Source: a virus
Reading direction: 5' to 3' (one strand)
Virus record (IMG/VR): IMGVR_UViG_3300044825_002891
Span: 25,132-89,131 of that record
Length of the DNA stretch: 64,000 bases
Shown here: piece after piece, positions 40,121-48,674 of the stretch
Layout: each line of letters starts with the position of its first letter
Numbering within the stretch: the stretch's first letter is position 1
Program-made: the position numbers and the translations under genes
Notes under the pieces: generated by a model
The model's database searches: none
Seen by the model: the letters and a program-made list of their open reading frames with translations, nothing else
What the model was told of the DNA's origin: nothing

Positions 40121-42442
40121 ATGCAGCGCATCGCGCTGTGCATCATGGTTGGTGATGGCACCAGCCATGATGACTGGAACCGGCTGATCGCCTCTGTCGA
40201 GGACAACGTAGACTCCATCTACGTTGGCTACACAGAGGATGACGCAAGTAAGTTTCCCTTTCGCACGACCGACAACATGGTGGTCCAGGCCATTGGCTGG
40301 GACCAGGACTTCGGCCGCGCCCGTAACGAAAACCTCGCCATGGTTGACCGGTCAAAGTACGACTGGATCATGTGGCTCGATTCCGACGACGAGCTAGTCA
40401 ACGGGGACAAGCTCAAGGATCTTCTTCAAAAGGCCAACCCGCGCGTCGGGCTGGTCTTCATGAAGTATTGGTACGCGTTCAATCACGAGACCGACGAGGT
40501 TGTGGTTGAGCAGTACAGGGAGCGCATTTGGCGGGCCCACATTCCCATGAGATGGGACTACATGATCCACGAGGTGGCACACTTCCCGCCCGGCACGGCT
40601 ATGGCCAAGCCGGAAACGGACGTGATTGTCAAGCACTGGCGCGATCTTCTTAGCGAAGACAATCAGAAGGCTCGCAGGCGCAACAGGGAGCTTCTGGCCG
40701 AGGCGCAGAGGCGAGACCCTGACGAGCCGCGATATCACATCTACCTGGCTCACGAGGTTTTTGCCGAGTACCAGGCCCAGAAGAACGATGGCAAGCTGAC
40801 GGCCGCCGCTGTACTGCGCGACACTCGCCGTCTCTACGAGACGTACCTGCGTAAGTACTCCGACATTGAGGGCGACGATCCTTACATGGCGAACTGCCGC
40901 CTTGCGGACTGTCTGCGCGAGCAGCAGCTCTGGAACGAGGCTGTTGATCGCGATCTTCAGGGCATCAAGATGCGCCCCAACTTTCCGGAGGCGTATGTCG
41001 GCATTGCCTTGAGCTTCCTCTCCACCGGCCAGAACGAACTGGCTATTGAGTGGTCCAACAAGGCCCTCCAGTGTGGCCCGCGGGAGAACTTCCTGTCCGC
41101 CCACGAAGTTCAGGGCAATGCCTATGCCCCGTACTTCGTGATCGCGAACTCCTACGAGCGCATGCAAGACTGGGAGAAGGCGGCCGAGGCTTATCAAGCC
41201 TGCATGGACATTAGTCCCCATCTCAACGACTACGCGGGCAAGATCGCTGAGATGAGGGCCAATGCCGAGGTCCAGAAGGTTGCCGACGAAGAGCGCAAGA
41301 AGGTCTTTGGCAAGGACATGGGCAAGAGCATCTGCTTTGTTACCAAGCCGCTGTTTGAGCCCTGGCATCCAGATCTAATCGACAAGGATGGCTCTGGTGG
41401 TACGGAGGCTTGCGTCATTGAGGTGGCCAAGCGCTTCGCCCGGGATGGTTGGCGCGTGGCGATCTTCGGCTCTCCCGGCGCCCTGCGCGGACAGACCAGA
41501 GACGGTGTTGAGTACTGGGATACGGCGCGGGACTACGACGTGTCAGAGCCCTTCACCATCACTGTCTCCGTGCGAGCTCCCGACATCTTCGACGCCAACC
41601 TCAACTCCAAGAAGACCATTCTGTGGATGCATGATGTAAGCGTTGGGGATGTCCAGGTGGGCCCGTGGGGCGACCGCTTCCAGCGCTTTGACCTCATGCT
41701 TGGCGTGAGTGAGTGGCACGCTAACCACCTCAAGAAGGTGTACGACGTAGATCCCCGCAAGGTCAGCTACATCTACAACGGTTTCAACAAGGACATGTTC
41801 TCGTCTGGCGCGAGTGAGAAGAAGCCATTCTCCATGGCATACGCCTCTAGTCCTGATCGCGGCCTTGAGAACCTCCTGGAGATCTGGCCTGTTGTCAAGA
41901 AGCACTACCCCGAGGCCACCCTGGATGTCTTCTATGGCTGGCACAGCATCGACAAGATTCTCTCCACGCGGCCGAACCATCCCCTGCGTTTCCTGAAGCA
42001 GCGCATTGAGGCGCTGTTTCTTGAGGTCAACGAGGACAACTCGATCACGTGGCACGATCGCGTGTCCCGCGCAGAGCTTGCCAAGCACTACGCAAGCACA
42101 TCGGTGTGGGCATATCCCACCGCATTCTGCGAGACCTTCTGCATCACGGCACTTGAAATGCAGGCTGCCGGTGTGATCCCCGTGACCACGCAGCTCGCCG
42201 CGCTAAACGAGACCGTGGCCTGCAAGGAGCTGCTGATCCCCGGTCATGCTGGCAACGCTGACTATCGCAAGCGCTTCATGCAGAACCTTCAGATGGTCTT
42301 TGAGTCCGAGGATCACGTCAGGGACTACTGGATCGCAGAGGGCAGGGCTCATGTTGAGAGCTTCGCTTGGGACACGGTGTTCGAGTCCTGGAGACAGGTT
42401 GCGGCCAAACTTACATCGGATCGCGTACTGACTCTAGTCTAG
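40121..42442 (+). CDS. Multidomain glycosyltransferase (GT2 - TPR - GT4)
   Basis: DFGRARN, WLDSDD and IHE (GT2); TPR-like helices; GGTE, YASSPDRGL and ETFCITALE (GT4). Confidence 0.9.
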   Translation: MQRIALCIMVGDGTSHDDWNRLIASVEDNVDSIYVGYTEDDASKFPFRTTDNMVVQAIGWDQDFGRARNENLAMVDRSKYDWIMWLDSDDELVNGDKLKDLLQKANPRVGLVFMKYWYAFNHETDEVVVEQYRERIWRAHIPMRWDYMIHEVAHFPPGTAMAKPETDVIVKHWRDLLSEDNQKARRRNRELLAEAQRRDPDEPRYHIYLAHEVFAEYQAQKNDGKLTAAAVLRDTRRLYETYLRKYSDIEGDDPYMANCRLADCLREQQLWNEAVDRDLQGIKMRPNFPEAYVGIALSFLSTGQNELAIEWSNKALQCGPRENFLSAHEVQGNAYAPYFVIANSYERMQDWEKAAEAYQACMDISPHLNDYAGKIAEMRANAEVQKVADEERKKVFGKDMGKSICFVTKPLFEPWHPDLIDKDGSGGTEACVIEVAKRFARDGWRVAIFGSPGALRGQTRDGVEYWDTARDYDVSEPFTITVSVRAPDIFDANLNSKKTILWMHDVSVGDVQVGPWGDRFQRFDLMLGVSEWHANHLKKVYDVDPRKVSYIYNGFNKDMFSSGASEKKPFSMAYASSPDRGLENLLEIWPVVKKHYPEATLDVFYGWHSIDKILSTRPNHPLRFLKQRIEALFLEVNEDNSITWHDRVSRAELAKHYASTSVWAYPTAFCETFCITALEMQAAGVIPVTTQLAALNETVACKELLIPGHAGNADYRKRFMQNLQMVFESEDHVRDYWIAEGRAHVESFAWDTVFESWRQVAAKLTSDRVLTLV

Positions 42443-42534
42443 TCTGGTACCAATGTTGATTAGTAAGACGTTTCTTGTATTTCCGGGGCTTTTCTTCTTC
42501 ATTCTTGTCCATTCTTTGATGTTGTAGGAGTCCC

Positions 42535-42777
42535 ATGTCTGCTGAAGACGTGGAGCGTCTGTACAGGATGCTCAGTGAGTTGCGAGACGAGGTTCAGGGC
42601 TACAGGGCAGACCTAAACGGGCGCCTGAGGGCTCTGGAAAAGGCAGAGGCCGGTCGCAGGGGGCAGGAAACTGCCAGCTCCATGTCGAAAGCACAGATCG
42701 CAACCTGGGTCGGCGTCGCTGTCGGTATCGGGTCCCTCTGCACTGCTATTCTTACTCAAGTGCTCAACCAGATCTGA
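42535..42777 (+). CDS. Coiled-coil protein with one C-terminal transmembrane helix (lysis cassette)
   Basis: SD AGGAG; coiled coil followed by IATWVGVAVGIGSLCTAIL. Confidence 0.7.
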   Translation: MSAEDVERLYRMLSELRDEVQGYRADLNGRLRALEKAEAGRRGQETASSMSKAQIATWVGVAVGIGSLCTAILTQVLNQI

Positions 42778-42788
42778 AGGAGAAAGAC

Positions 42789-42968
42789 GTGAGTGCTGTA
42801 TCGCCTAAGGTGAGTGCCGCCACAGCGGCCGCGGCGGGGGTTGGCATCCTGGTGTGGGCCATCTCTGAGTTCGCTGGTGTCAGCGTTCCTGCCGAAGTGC
42901 AGGCCGCCCTGATTACGATCGCCGTCTTCGCTGCTGGTTGGCTGAAGACCGATCCGGATCGTCTCTGA
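42789..42968 (+). CDS. Holin (actinophage-type, two TM)
   Basis: MSAVSPKVSAATAAAAGVGILVWAI...VPAEVQAALITIAVFAAGWLK; SD AAGGAG; not in track. Confidence 0.75.
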   Translation: MSAVSPKVSAATAAAAGVGILVWAISEFAGVSVPAEVQAALITIAVFAAGWLKTDPDRL

Positions 42969-42971
42969 TCC

Positions 42972-43685
42972 ATGACGAAGAACAGAGCAGTCAAGACAGC
43001 ACTCGCGGGCTTTGCTCGCGTTCACGGCATTCCCGTTCCCGATGGTTTCAGCCATCGCACGGACTCCTTCGGTCGCCCCGCGTTCGAGCTGGTCAAGCGG
43101 GTTCAGGCCAAGGCCGGGCTAAAGCCCGACGGTGCCGTTGGCCCCTACACGCTTCTGGCGATCGGCAACTACCTTCCGGGGCGCACTGGCGAGAAGGCCA
43201 TGTGGTCCATGATCGCCATGGTTGGCCCGCTGGAGACCGGCGGCAACAACATCGGCTCTTCTGTTCAGGCCATTCAGAAGCTGGGTAGCGATCTCAACCC
43301 CGGCGCGTGGCCTTGGTGTGCGGCCACCACAAGCTGGGCTCTGAGGTGCGCGGGTTGGGAGCACTGGGGTGCTTTCGTCCGCAACGAGCCTGAGGCTTGG
43401 GTGCAGGGATGGGTCAACGCGGCCCGAAACAAGAAGTACAACATGCGTCTGGTCGATTGGCGCATGACTCGTCCTGGTGACTTCATCGCCATGAACTTCG
43501 ACTCGTCCGAACCGTACGATCACATCGGCATCTCTCGTAGTCGCGCGCGCCTGTCTTCTGGGACCATCCTGACCGCAGAGGGGAATACCTCTAATGGCCA
43601 GGCTGGGTCGCAGGATGACGGAGGTGGTCTGTGGCTGCGCGAGCGGCCCGCGACAAAGCCGACGCTGTTCGTTCGAGTGGACTGA
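42972..43685 (+). CDS. Endolysin (peptidoglycan-binding + CHAP-like amidase)
   Basis: LKPDGAVGPYT; WPWCAA, DHIGI and EGNT motifs. Confidence 0.85.
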   Translation: MTKNRAVKTALAGFARVHGIPVPDGFSHRTDSFGRPAFELVKRVQAKAGLKPDGAVGPYTLLAIGNYLPGRTGEKAMWSMIAMVGPLETGGNNIGSSVQAIQKLGSDLNPGAWPWCAATTSWALRCAGWEHWGAFVRNEPEAWVQGWVNAARNKKYNMRLVDWRMTRPGDFIAMNFDSSEPYDHIGISRSRARLSSGTILTAEGNTSNGQAGSQDDGGGLWLRERPATKPTLFVRVD

Positions 43686-43733
43686 ACCGTATTACTACTG
43701 GTTCGCCGGTAGCCGAACGGGAGGATATACAAC

Positions 43734-45002
43734 TTGGAATGGAACGACCATACCCGGAAACTCCTGCTTTCCTGCAAGACAGACGAAGACCTCAAGAAGA
43801 ACTTCCCCACAGAGAAACTATCTAACCTCAAGAGACGGCGCAGAGAGTTCCGCAGAGACGATGGTCTCCCCAGCGACACCGACTCGATCGGTAGACTGGC
43901 CAAGCTTCTAGAAGACGCTGACATTCCCCTTGAGGAGATCAAGTCTGTCAAGAAGGTGCGCCTGAACGAGTGGCAGATGGCGCACAAGGACGACAACGGC
44001 GAGGCTGTCGTTACTGATCTCAAGTCGGCCCAGATTGTTATTGAGCCGCGCTGGATCGACGGACCCGAGTGGCCTGTGGTTCAGCCCGCCAAGCCGACCG
44101 TCATCAAGCCCGCCAAGGTTCAGAAGAAGGACCTGACTACAAAGACAGCAGTCGTGCTGCCCGATCCTCAGATCGGTTACAGACGGGACATCCTGAGGGA
44201 GGACTATGACCCGTTCCACGATGAGCAGGCTATGGACGTTGCCCTGCAAGTCGTGAAGGAAACGCAGCCCGACGTGATTGTCAACCTGGGTGATCTGGTT
44301 GACCTGCCTGAGTTCTCCAGGCACCCGCAAGAGCCGGGCTTCGCCCGCACAACACAGCGCTCTATTGACAGAGCCCACGAGTGGCTGGCTCAGCAGCGCG
44401 CAAGCTCTCCTGACGCGCAGATTGTTCTGCTTGAGGGCAACCACGACAGGCGCCTTGAGAAGGCTATCGTGCAGAACGCTCAGTCTGCGTTTGGTCTACA
44501 GAGAGCCAACGTGCCCGAGAGCTGGCCCGTTCTTTCCCTGCCTTTCCTGCTGCGCATGGACGAGCTGGGCGTTGAGTACATCGAAGGCTATCCCGCCAAC
44601 ATCTTCTGGATCAATGACAACCTGGCCTGTATCCACGGCCACAAGTCTCGCTCCGGCGGATCAACCGCTGCGGCTGTGGTTGGGGATGAGCGATCGTCCA
44701 TCATCTTCGGACACATTCACAGAATCGAGCTCCAGCACCAAACGCGCCGAATAAGATCTGGTTCGAAGAACAATCTCGCTGCGTGTCCGGGCTGCCTGTG
44801 CCGTATCGACGGCGCGGTCCCGGGCTTCAAGTCGTCCACTGACATCTACGGGCGCCCTGTGCAGTCGTGGGAGAACTGGCAGCAGGGGATCGCTGTGGTG
44901 TCTTACGAAGAGGGAGACGGGTTCTTCCATGTGGAGCTTGTCCCCATCCATGGCGGGACCTGCATCTTCCGCGGCAAGACATACACGGCAACGCAGCTGT
45001 AA
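43734..45002 (+). CDS. Calcineurin-like metallophosphoesterase
   Basis: DPQ, LGDLVD, GNHD, HGH and GHIHR motifs. Confidence 0.88.
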   Translation: MEWNDHTRKLLLSCKTDEDLKKNFPTEKLSNLKRRRREFRRDDGLPSDTDSIGRLAKLLEDADIPLEEIKSVKKVRLNEWQMAHKDDNGEAVVTDLKSAQIVIEPRWIDGPEWPVVQPAKPTVIKPAKVQKKDLTTKTAVVLPDPQIGYRRDILREDYDPFHDEQAMDVALQVVKETQPDVIVNLGDLVDLPEFSRHPQEPGFARTTQRSIDRAHEWLAQQRASSPDAQIVLLEGNHDRRLEKAIVQNAQSAFGLQRANVPESWPVLSLPFLLRMDELGVEYIEGYPANIFWINDNLACIHGHKSRSGGSTAAAVVGDERSSIIFGHIHRIELQHQTRRIRSGSKNNLAACPGCLCRIDGAVPGFKSSTDIYGRPVQSWENWQQGIAVVSYEEGDGFFHVELVPIHGGTCIFRGKTYTATQL

Positions 45003-45055
45003 GGTCTAGGGAGCACTCGCGCGACATCACGGTGTCACACCACACAGGAGCCATC

Positions 45056-45250
45056 ATGCTAGGCGCACCCAGACTTCCTTCCAACACAGAGATCACCAGC
45101 CTCAAGGGCTCGGAGAAGCGTTACTCCATGGCTCTGTTCACATGGCGCTGCCTCGCGTGCCACTCCTGCCAGGGCGGGCAGTACACGTCGTGGCACGGGG
45201 CGCGCGGGGCCGCTGAGATCCACCGCAAGGTGCACCACAGTGGTGGATAA
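45056..45250 (+). CDS. Small zinc-finger-like protein
   Basis: SD AGGAG; CLAC...H...H pattern. Confidence 0.45.
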   Translation: MLGAPRLPSNTEITSLKGSEKRYSMALFTWRCLACHSCQGGQYTSWHGARGAAEIHRKVHHSGG

Positions 45251-45737
45251 CGGGTTCGACACTCCGGTCGGCTGCGAGTGCGGAGACTGCAAGCGGTGCA
45301 AGAACCGCCTCAGGGCAGCGCGCTGGCGTGAAGCCAACCGCGAACGTGTTGATGCCTACAACAACGATCCAGCTGTGCGCGAGCGTAAGTACAAGACCAG
45401 CAGGGCTTGGAAAGAGCAGAACCCAGAGCGTGTCTCTGAGTACAGCAAAGAGTACAAGCAGCGCTCAGATGTGCGACAAAAGATTGCAGAACAGTGCCGC
45501 GTGGACAGACAGACTCCGGGTCTGCGCGAGAAGATCCGCGCACGCGAGACTGCCCGCGATGCGATCAAGCGCGGCAAGATGACACGGCGACCATGCGTGG
45601 AGTGCGGCGCCCCAGAGACAGAGGCGCACCATGAGGACTACTCCCGCCCTCTTGATGTGACCTTCCTCTGTCGGGCCTGCCACCTTGCCCTACATCAGTC
45701 CGCGAGGCAGGACTCGAACCTGCGACCCTCCGCTTAG
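45240..45737 (+). CDS. HNH endonuclease-like protein
   Basis: CVECG...AHHEDYSRPLDV..LCRACH...H motif; basic helical repeats. Confidence 0.8.
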   Translation: MVDNGFDTPVGCECGDCKRCKNRLRAARWREANRERVDAYNNDPAVRERKYKTSRAWKEQNPERVSEYSKEYKQRSDVRQKIAEQCRVDRQTPGLREKIRARETARDAIKRGKMTRRPCVECGAPETEAHHEDYSRPLDVTFLCRACHLALHQSARQDSNLRPSA

Positions 45738-45771
45738 AAGGCGGACGCTCTATCCACTGAGCTACTCGCGG
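45699..45771 (-). tRNA. tRNA-Arg(TCT)
   Basis: CCGCGAG/CTCGCGG acceptor, TCCGC-CT TCT AA-GCGGA anticodon arm, GGTTCGAGT T-loop. Confidence 0.95.
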
Positions 45772-45779
45772 TACGTGGC

Positions 45780-46220
45780 CTAGTCCACAAGCAGAGGAGC
45801 CACGGCCAGCGCGCGACCGGTGCAGCCCCATGCGTAGGGGCCGTACTTGTCGATGATGCGCTGGGCGTGGATCATCTGCTGTGCGGGCGTGGCTTCCTGG
45901 ATGGTGGGCGCAAGATCTCGCCCGTCGATGCCGTCCTCAGTCCACAGGGGAGCGAAGACACCAAGCCCGCCCGGATACGTGGGGCCCGGGTGGTGCCAGT
46001 TGATGCCCCACTCGTAGCCCTTCTGCCATGAGCCGTCCTTGCGCTGCTTCTCAGGCGGCGCGGGCTGCTCACAGCGGCCGATGGCGACAAAAAAGTCTCT
46101 GTTGGCGGGGTACAGCTCTGTTGCCATCTCATGCAGTGCCTGCGCGGGGGCTGGGCGCTCTGCGGACGCCACGGGGGCAAGCACAAGCATGGCAAGACAC
46201 ACGGCTATGAAGTTACGCAC
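45780..46220 (-). CDS. Secreted Rpf-like (resuscitation-promoting factor) lytic transglycosylase
   Basis: Signal peptide MRNFIAVCLAMLVLAPVASA; AIGRCE...NW...YPGGLG...W...ATPAQQ..A..I..YG..AWGC; SD GAGGAG before GTG 46220. Confidence 0.72.
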   Translation of the reverse strand: MRNFIAVCLAMLVLAPVASAERPAPAQALHEMATELYPANRDFFVAIGRCEQPAPPEKQRKDGSWQKGYEWGINWHHPGPTYPGGLGVFAPLWTEDGIDGRDLAPTIQEATPAQQMIHAQRIIDKYGPYAWGCTGRALAVAPLLVD

Positions 46221-46230
46221 TGCTCTCTCC

Positions 46231-46872
46231 TCAGGTGTAGTTGCGCTTGACGAGATCGTACACGGTCTGATGTGCCCAATAGCGTGCGCCATTGGGGGTC
46301 GGAACTTCTGCGCGGCTCAGGTGCTCTGCTATCTGTCTGAATGTGAAACCACGCTCGCGCATCTCCCGGACCATGTGCTTGATCTCATCTGGGATCTGCG
46401 TCTGGCTGCCGATCACCACACCCTGGCGCTTGCGCTCAGCCATGCCCTCCTTCGTGCGCATGCTGATCATGTCCCGCTCAAACTCAGCGAACGAGGCAAG
46501 GATGTTGGCAAGCAGCTTGCCGAAGGGTGTGGAGAAGTCAATGTCCGGCTCAAGGATGATCAGGCGCCAGCCCTCGCGCTGCGAGGCGGCCATGATGTCT
46601 GAAAAGTCCTTGATCGATCGCGACAGGCGGTCAAGCTTGGTCACCATGATGCCCGCAACCTCACCTGAGCGCACCATGCTCAGGCATCGCTCAAGTCCGG
46701 GCCTGCTCATGTTCTTGCCGCTGTAGCCGTCGTCGGCAACGATCTCAACGAGGTCAAGATCGCGGTACTCGCACGCGCGGGTGATGGACGCCCTCTGAGC
46801 GTCCATCCCCGCACCATGCGCTGCCTGATCGGCCGTCGAGACTCTGATGTAGCCGACCACGCTGTCGCTCAC
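46231..46872 (-). CDS. Small serine recombinase (resolvase/invertase family)
   Basis: GYIRVST..Q, SG...RPGL, KLDRLSRS and AEFER..I..RT motifs; C-terminal HTH; GTG 46872. Confidence 0.9.
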   Translation of the reverse strand: MSDSVVGYIRVSTADQAAHGAGMDAQRASITRACEYRDLDLVEIVADDGYSGKNMSRPGLERCLSMVRSGEVAGIMVTKLDRLSRSIKDFSDIMAASQREGWRLIILEPDIDFSTPFGKLLANILASFAEFERDMISMRTKEGMAERKRQGVVIGSQTQIPDEIKHMVREMRERGFTFRQIAEHLSRAEVPTPNGARYWAHQTVYDLVKRNYT

Positions 46873-47231
46873 GTCAGCCTGCTCCCGTCGGCCATGATCT
46901 GCGAGGGCTCGTCGCGCGTGAGCTTGAAGTCCGTGTTGCCATTCTCTTCCGCGTGACGCTGACACTCGCGGGCGTGATTTCCCTCCAGTGCCATCCAGGT
47001 GCGGATGTCCACCTCGGCCTCGTCGCCAGAGACCCACTCTGCGGTGAGCGACTGGAAGAACCCAGCGTGGTCGTCGTGACACCCGAACATGACCGTGAAG
47101 CCCAAAGCGTCTTCCGCGAGGGTGACGAACGCATCTGGAACCTCGGCCTGCATGCGTCCGTTGATGTGGTGGAACGCGCGAAGGGCGTCCGGGTACTCGT
47201 CGTATGATCGTGCGTAGAAGCTGTAGTGCAT
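46869..47231 (-). CDS. Hypothetical protein
   Basis: Coupled ORF, start MHYSFY. Confidence 0.6.
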   Translation of the reverse strand: MHYSFYARSYDEYPDALRAFHHINGRMQAEVPDAFVTLAEDALGFTVMFGCHDDHAGFFQSLTAEWVSGDEAEVDIRTWMALEGNHARECQRHAEENGNTDFKLTRDEPSQIMADGSRLT

Positions 47232-47235
47232 GGTG

Positions 47236-47460
47236 CTAGTCCCCCAGATGGGTTGGCTTGAGCCCGTTGTGGTCAAGCAGGTTGCGGGCGTGGTCGTTGT
47301 CCTGCTTGATCGCGAGCATGGACATGGTCTCGTAGAGCCCGATCAGACCACGCAACATGTCAGGGTTGCGTAGACCCTGGGCATGAGCGTAGCGGGTGAA
47401 CAGGCTCTTCGTCTCCGCATCTACGCTGCGGATGAGGAAGTTGGATCTGTCGTCTGTCAT
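47236..47460 (-). CDS. Ribbon-helix-helix-like DNA-binding protein
   Basis: NFLIRSVDAETKSLFTRYAHAQG pattern; ATGA coupling. Confidence 0.55.
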   Translation of the reverse strand: MTDDRSNFLIRSVDAETKSLFTRYAHAQGLRNPDMLRGLIGLYETMSMLAIKQDNDHARNLLDHNGLKPTHLGD

Positions 47461-47594
47461 CTCCACCACACACGCTTTCTGTCGCGCTTGCTGCGACGTG
47501 TCTTGTCATGCCGCGGGCGCGGATCCATGAGTGCTGCTAGAACCATCAGACACACGATGAACACGGCCCAGTATTCGATGACCAAGTCCATCAT
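47457..47594 (-). CDS. Small membrane protein (45 aa)
   Basis: YWAVFIVCLMVLAAL followed by a basic tail; coupled on both sides. Confidence 0.5.
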   Translation of the reverse strand: MMDLVIEYWAVFIVCLMVLAALMDPRPRHDKTRRSKRDRKRVWWR

Positions 47595-47800
47595 CGTCGC
47601 CTCGTGATCACGTAGTGCTCGGTCATGCCAGCTCCGGGAATGCCCGTCCTGCCCACGTACGTGACATCACCGCGCTTGTTCATGAGCGCGTGTGCCTCGC
47701 TCGTGCAGGACGTGACGTGCTCCGTGTCACCAATCCACACGTATGCGAGGCTGCCGAAGTCAGGCCGCGTGATCGTGGCCTGTATCTCTGCCCTAGTCAC
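47591..47800 (-). CDS. Hypothetical protein
   Basis: GTG 47800; coupled. Confidence 0.5.
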   Translation of the reverse strand: MTRAEIQATITRPDFGSLAYVWIGDTEHVTSCTSEAHALMNKRGDVTYVGRTGIPGAGMTEHYVITRRR

Positions 47801-48131
47801 GATCGTGGATGAGGCTGAACCACACGGCGATGGGGCGCTTGTGGGCCTCGGGGCGGGTTGTGGGCCTGTACGTGCCGCTGGACCTGATCCAGCCGTGCCG
47901 CGATGCGATGCGCATGACGGCACCCAGCGCCCGGTACTCGTGCGTGTCCACGCCCGGGTAGGTGCTGCGCAGGGTCTCCCACACGTCGTCCGTCGTGAGC
48001 GTGGCCTTGCGGACAGCTGTGGCCCGCACGGCCGTGATCGCGCTCCGCAGCCATGCGGGGTCCGCCGCCTGCTCCACGCGCATGAGCGCGTGCTCCAGGC
48101 TCTCGGGGGATCTGGGGTTCAGAGTGTCCAT
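47793..48131 (-). CDS. Conserved phage protein (winged-helix-like)
   Basis: TTDDVW...RALGAVM..A...GWI...H.RP..VW.S pattern. Confidence 0.65.
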   Translation of the reverse strand: MDTLNPRSPESLEHALMRVEQAADPAWLRSAITAVRATAVRKATLTTDDVWETLRSTYPGVDTHEYRALGAVMRIASRHGWIRSSGTYRPTTRPEAHKRPIAVWFSLIHDRD

Positions 48132-48142
48132 GTGTCTGCCTC

Positions 48143-48592
48143 TCACGGGATGTGGATGTTGACGATCTGGTGCAGGTACACCTTGACGGGGGTGATGCCC
48201 ACGCTGTCCGTCTCCGGGAAGTACTCGGACACGGTGATGTACGGCTCGTGGTCGCCCGCGGACCAGTCCGCCCCCTGCAACTTGAAGCCGCCCTCAGGCC
48301 GGAAGCACTGGAACGAGTGCAGCTCGCCCGTGCCCGGGTGCTGGATCGTGAGCACGAACGTGAACACGTCGCGCGCCGCGTTGAGGAAGCCCAGCAGCAG
48401 GCCCTTGTACATGGGGTCGTCCAGCGGGCAGTCGCCCCCGTACGTGAAGCTCCAGCGCATGCGCTCGGGCTCCTGATTCATGTGCTCCGCGACCACGCCC
48501 CCGTTCGTTGCGGAGGTCTGATACAGGACGCGGGTGAACTCCTTGGCCAGAGGGTCGTTGCTCGTGGCGAGGGTGTCGATGTCATTGCTCAT
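48143..48592 (-). CDS. Hypothetical protein
   Basis: SD AAGGAG; GC3-biased. Confidence 0.65.
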   Translation of the reverse strand: MSNDIDTLATSNDPLAKEFTRVLYQTSATNGGVVAEHMNQEPERMRWSFTYGGDCPLDDPMYKGLLLGFLNAARDVFTFVLTIQHPGTGELHSFQCFRPEGGFKLQGADWSAGDHEPYITVSEYFPETDSVGITPVKVYLHQIVNIHIP

Positions 48593-48674
48593 GACGTGTG
48601 CTCCTTGTCTGTTGCTTGTGCAACGGTTGAGGGGGAGAGGGTGCGCACACACCCCCTCCCCCTGTGCGTACGGG

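Noticed and set aside
46231-47082. Large serine integrase with attP at tRNA-Arg
   Set aside because: The real gene is about 213 aa with no zinc-ribbon domain; the longer track start overlaps another gene; no duplicated tRNA end seen
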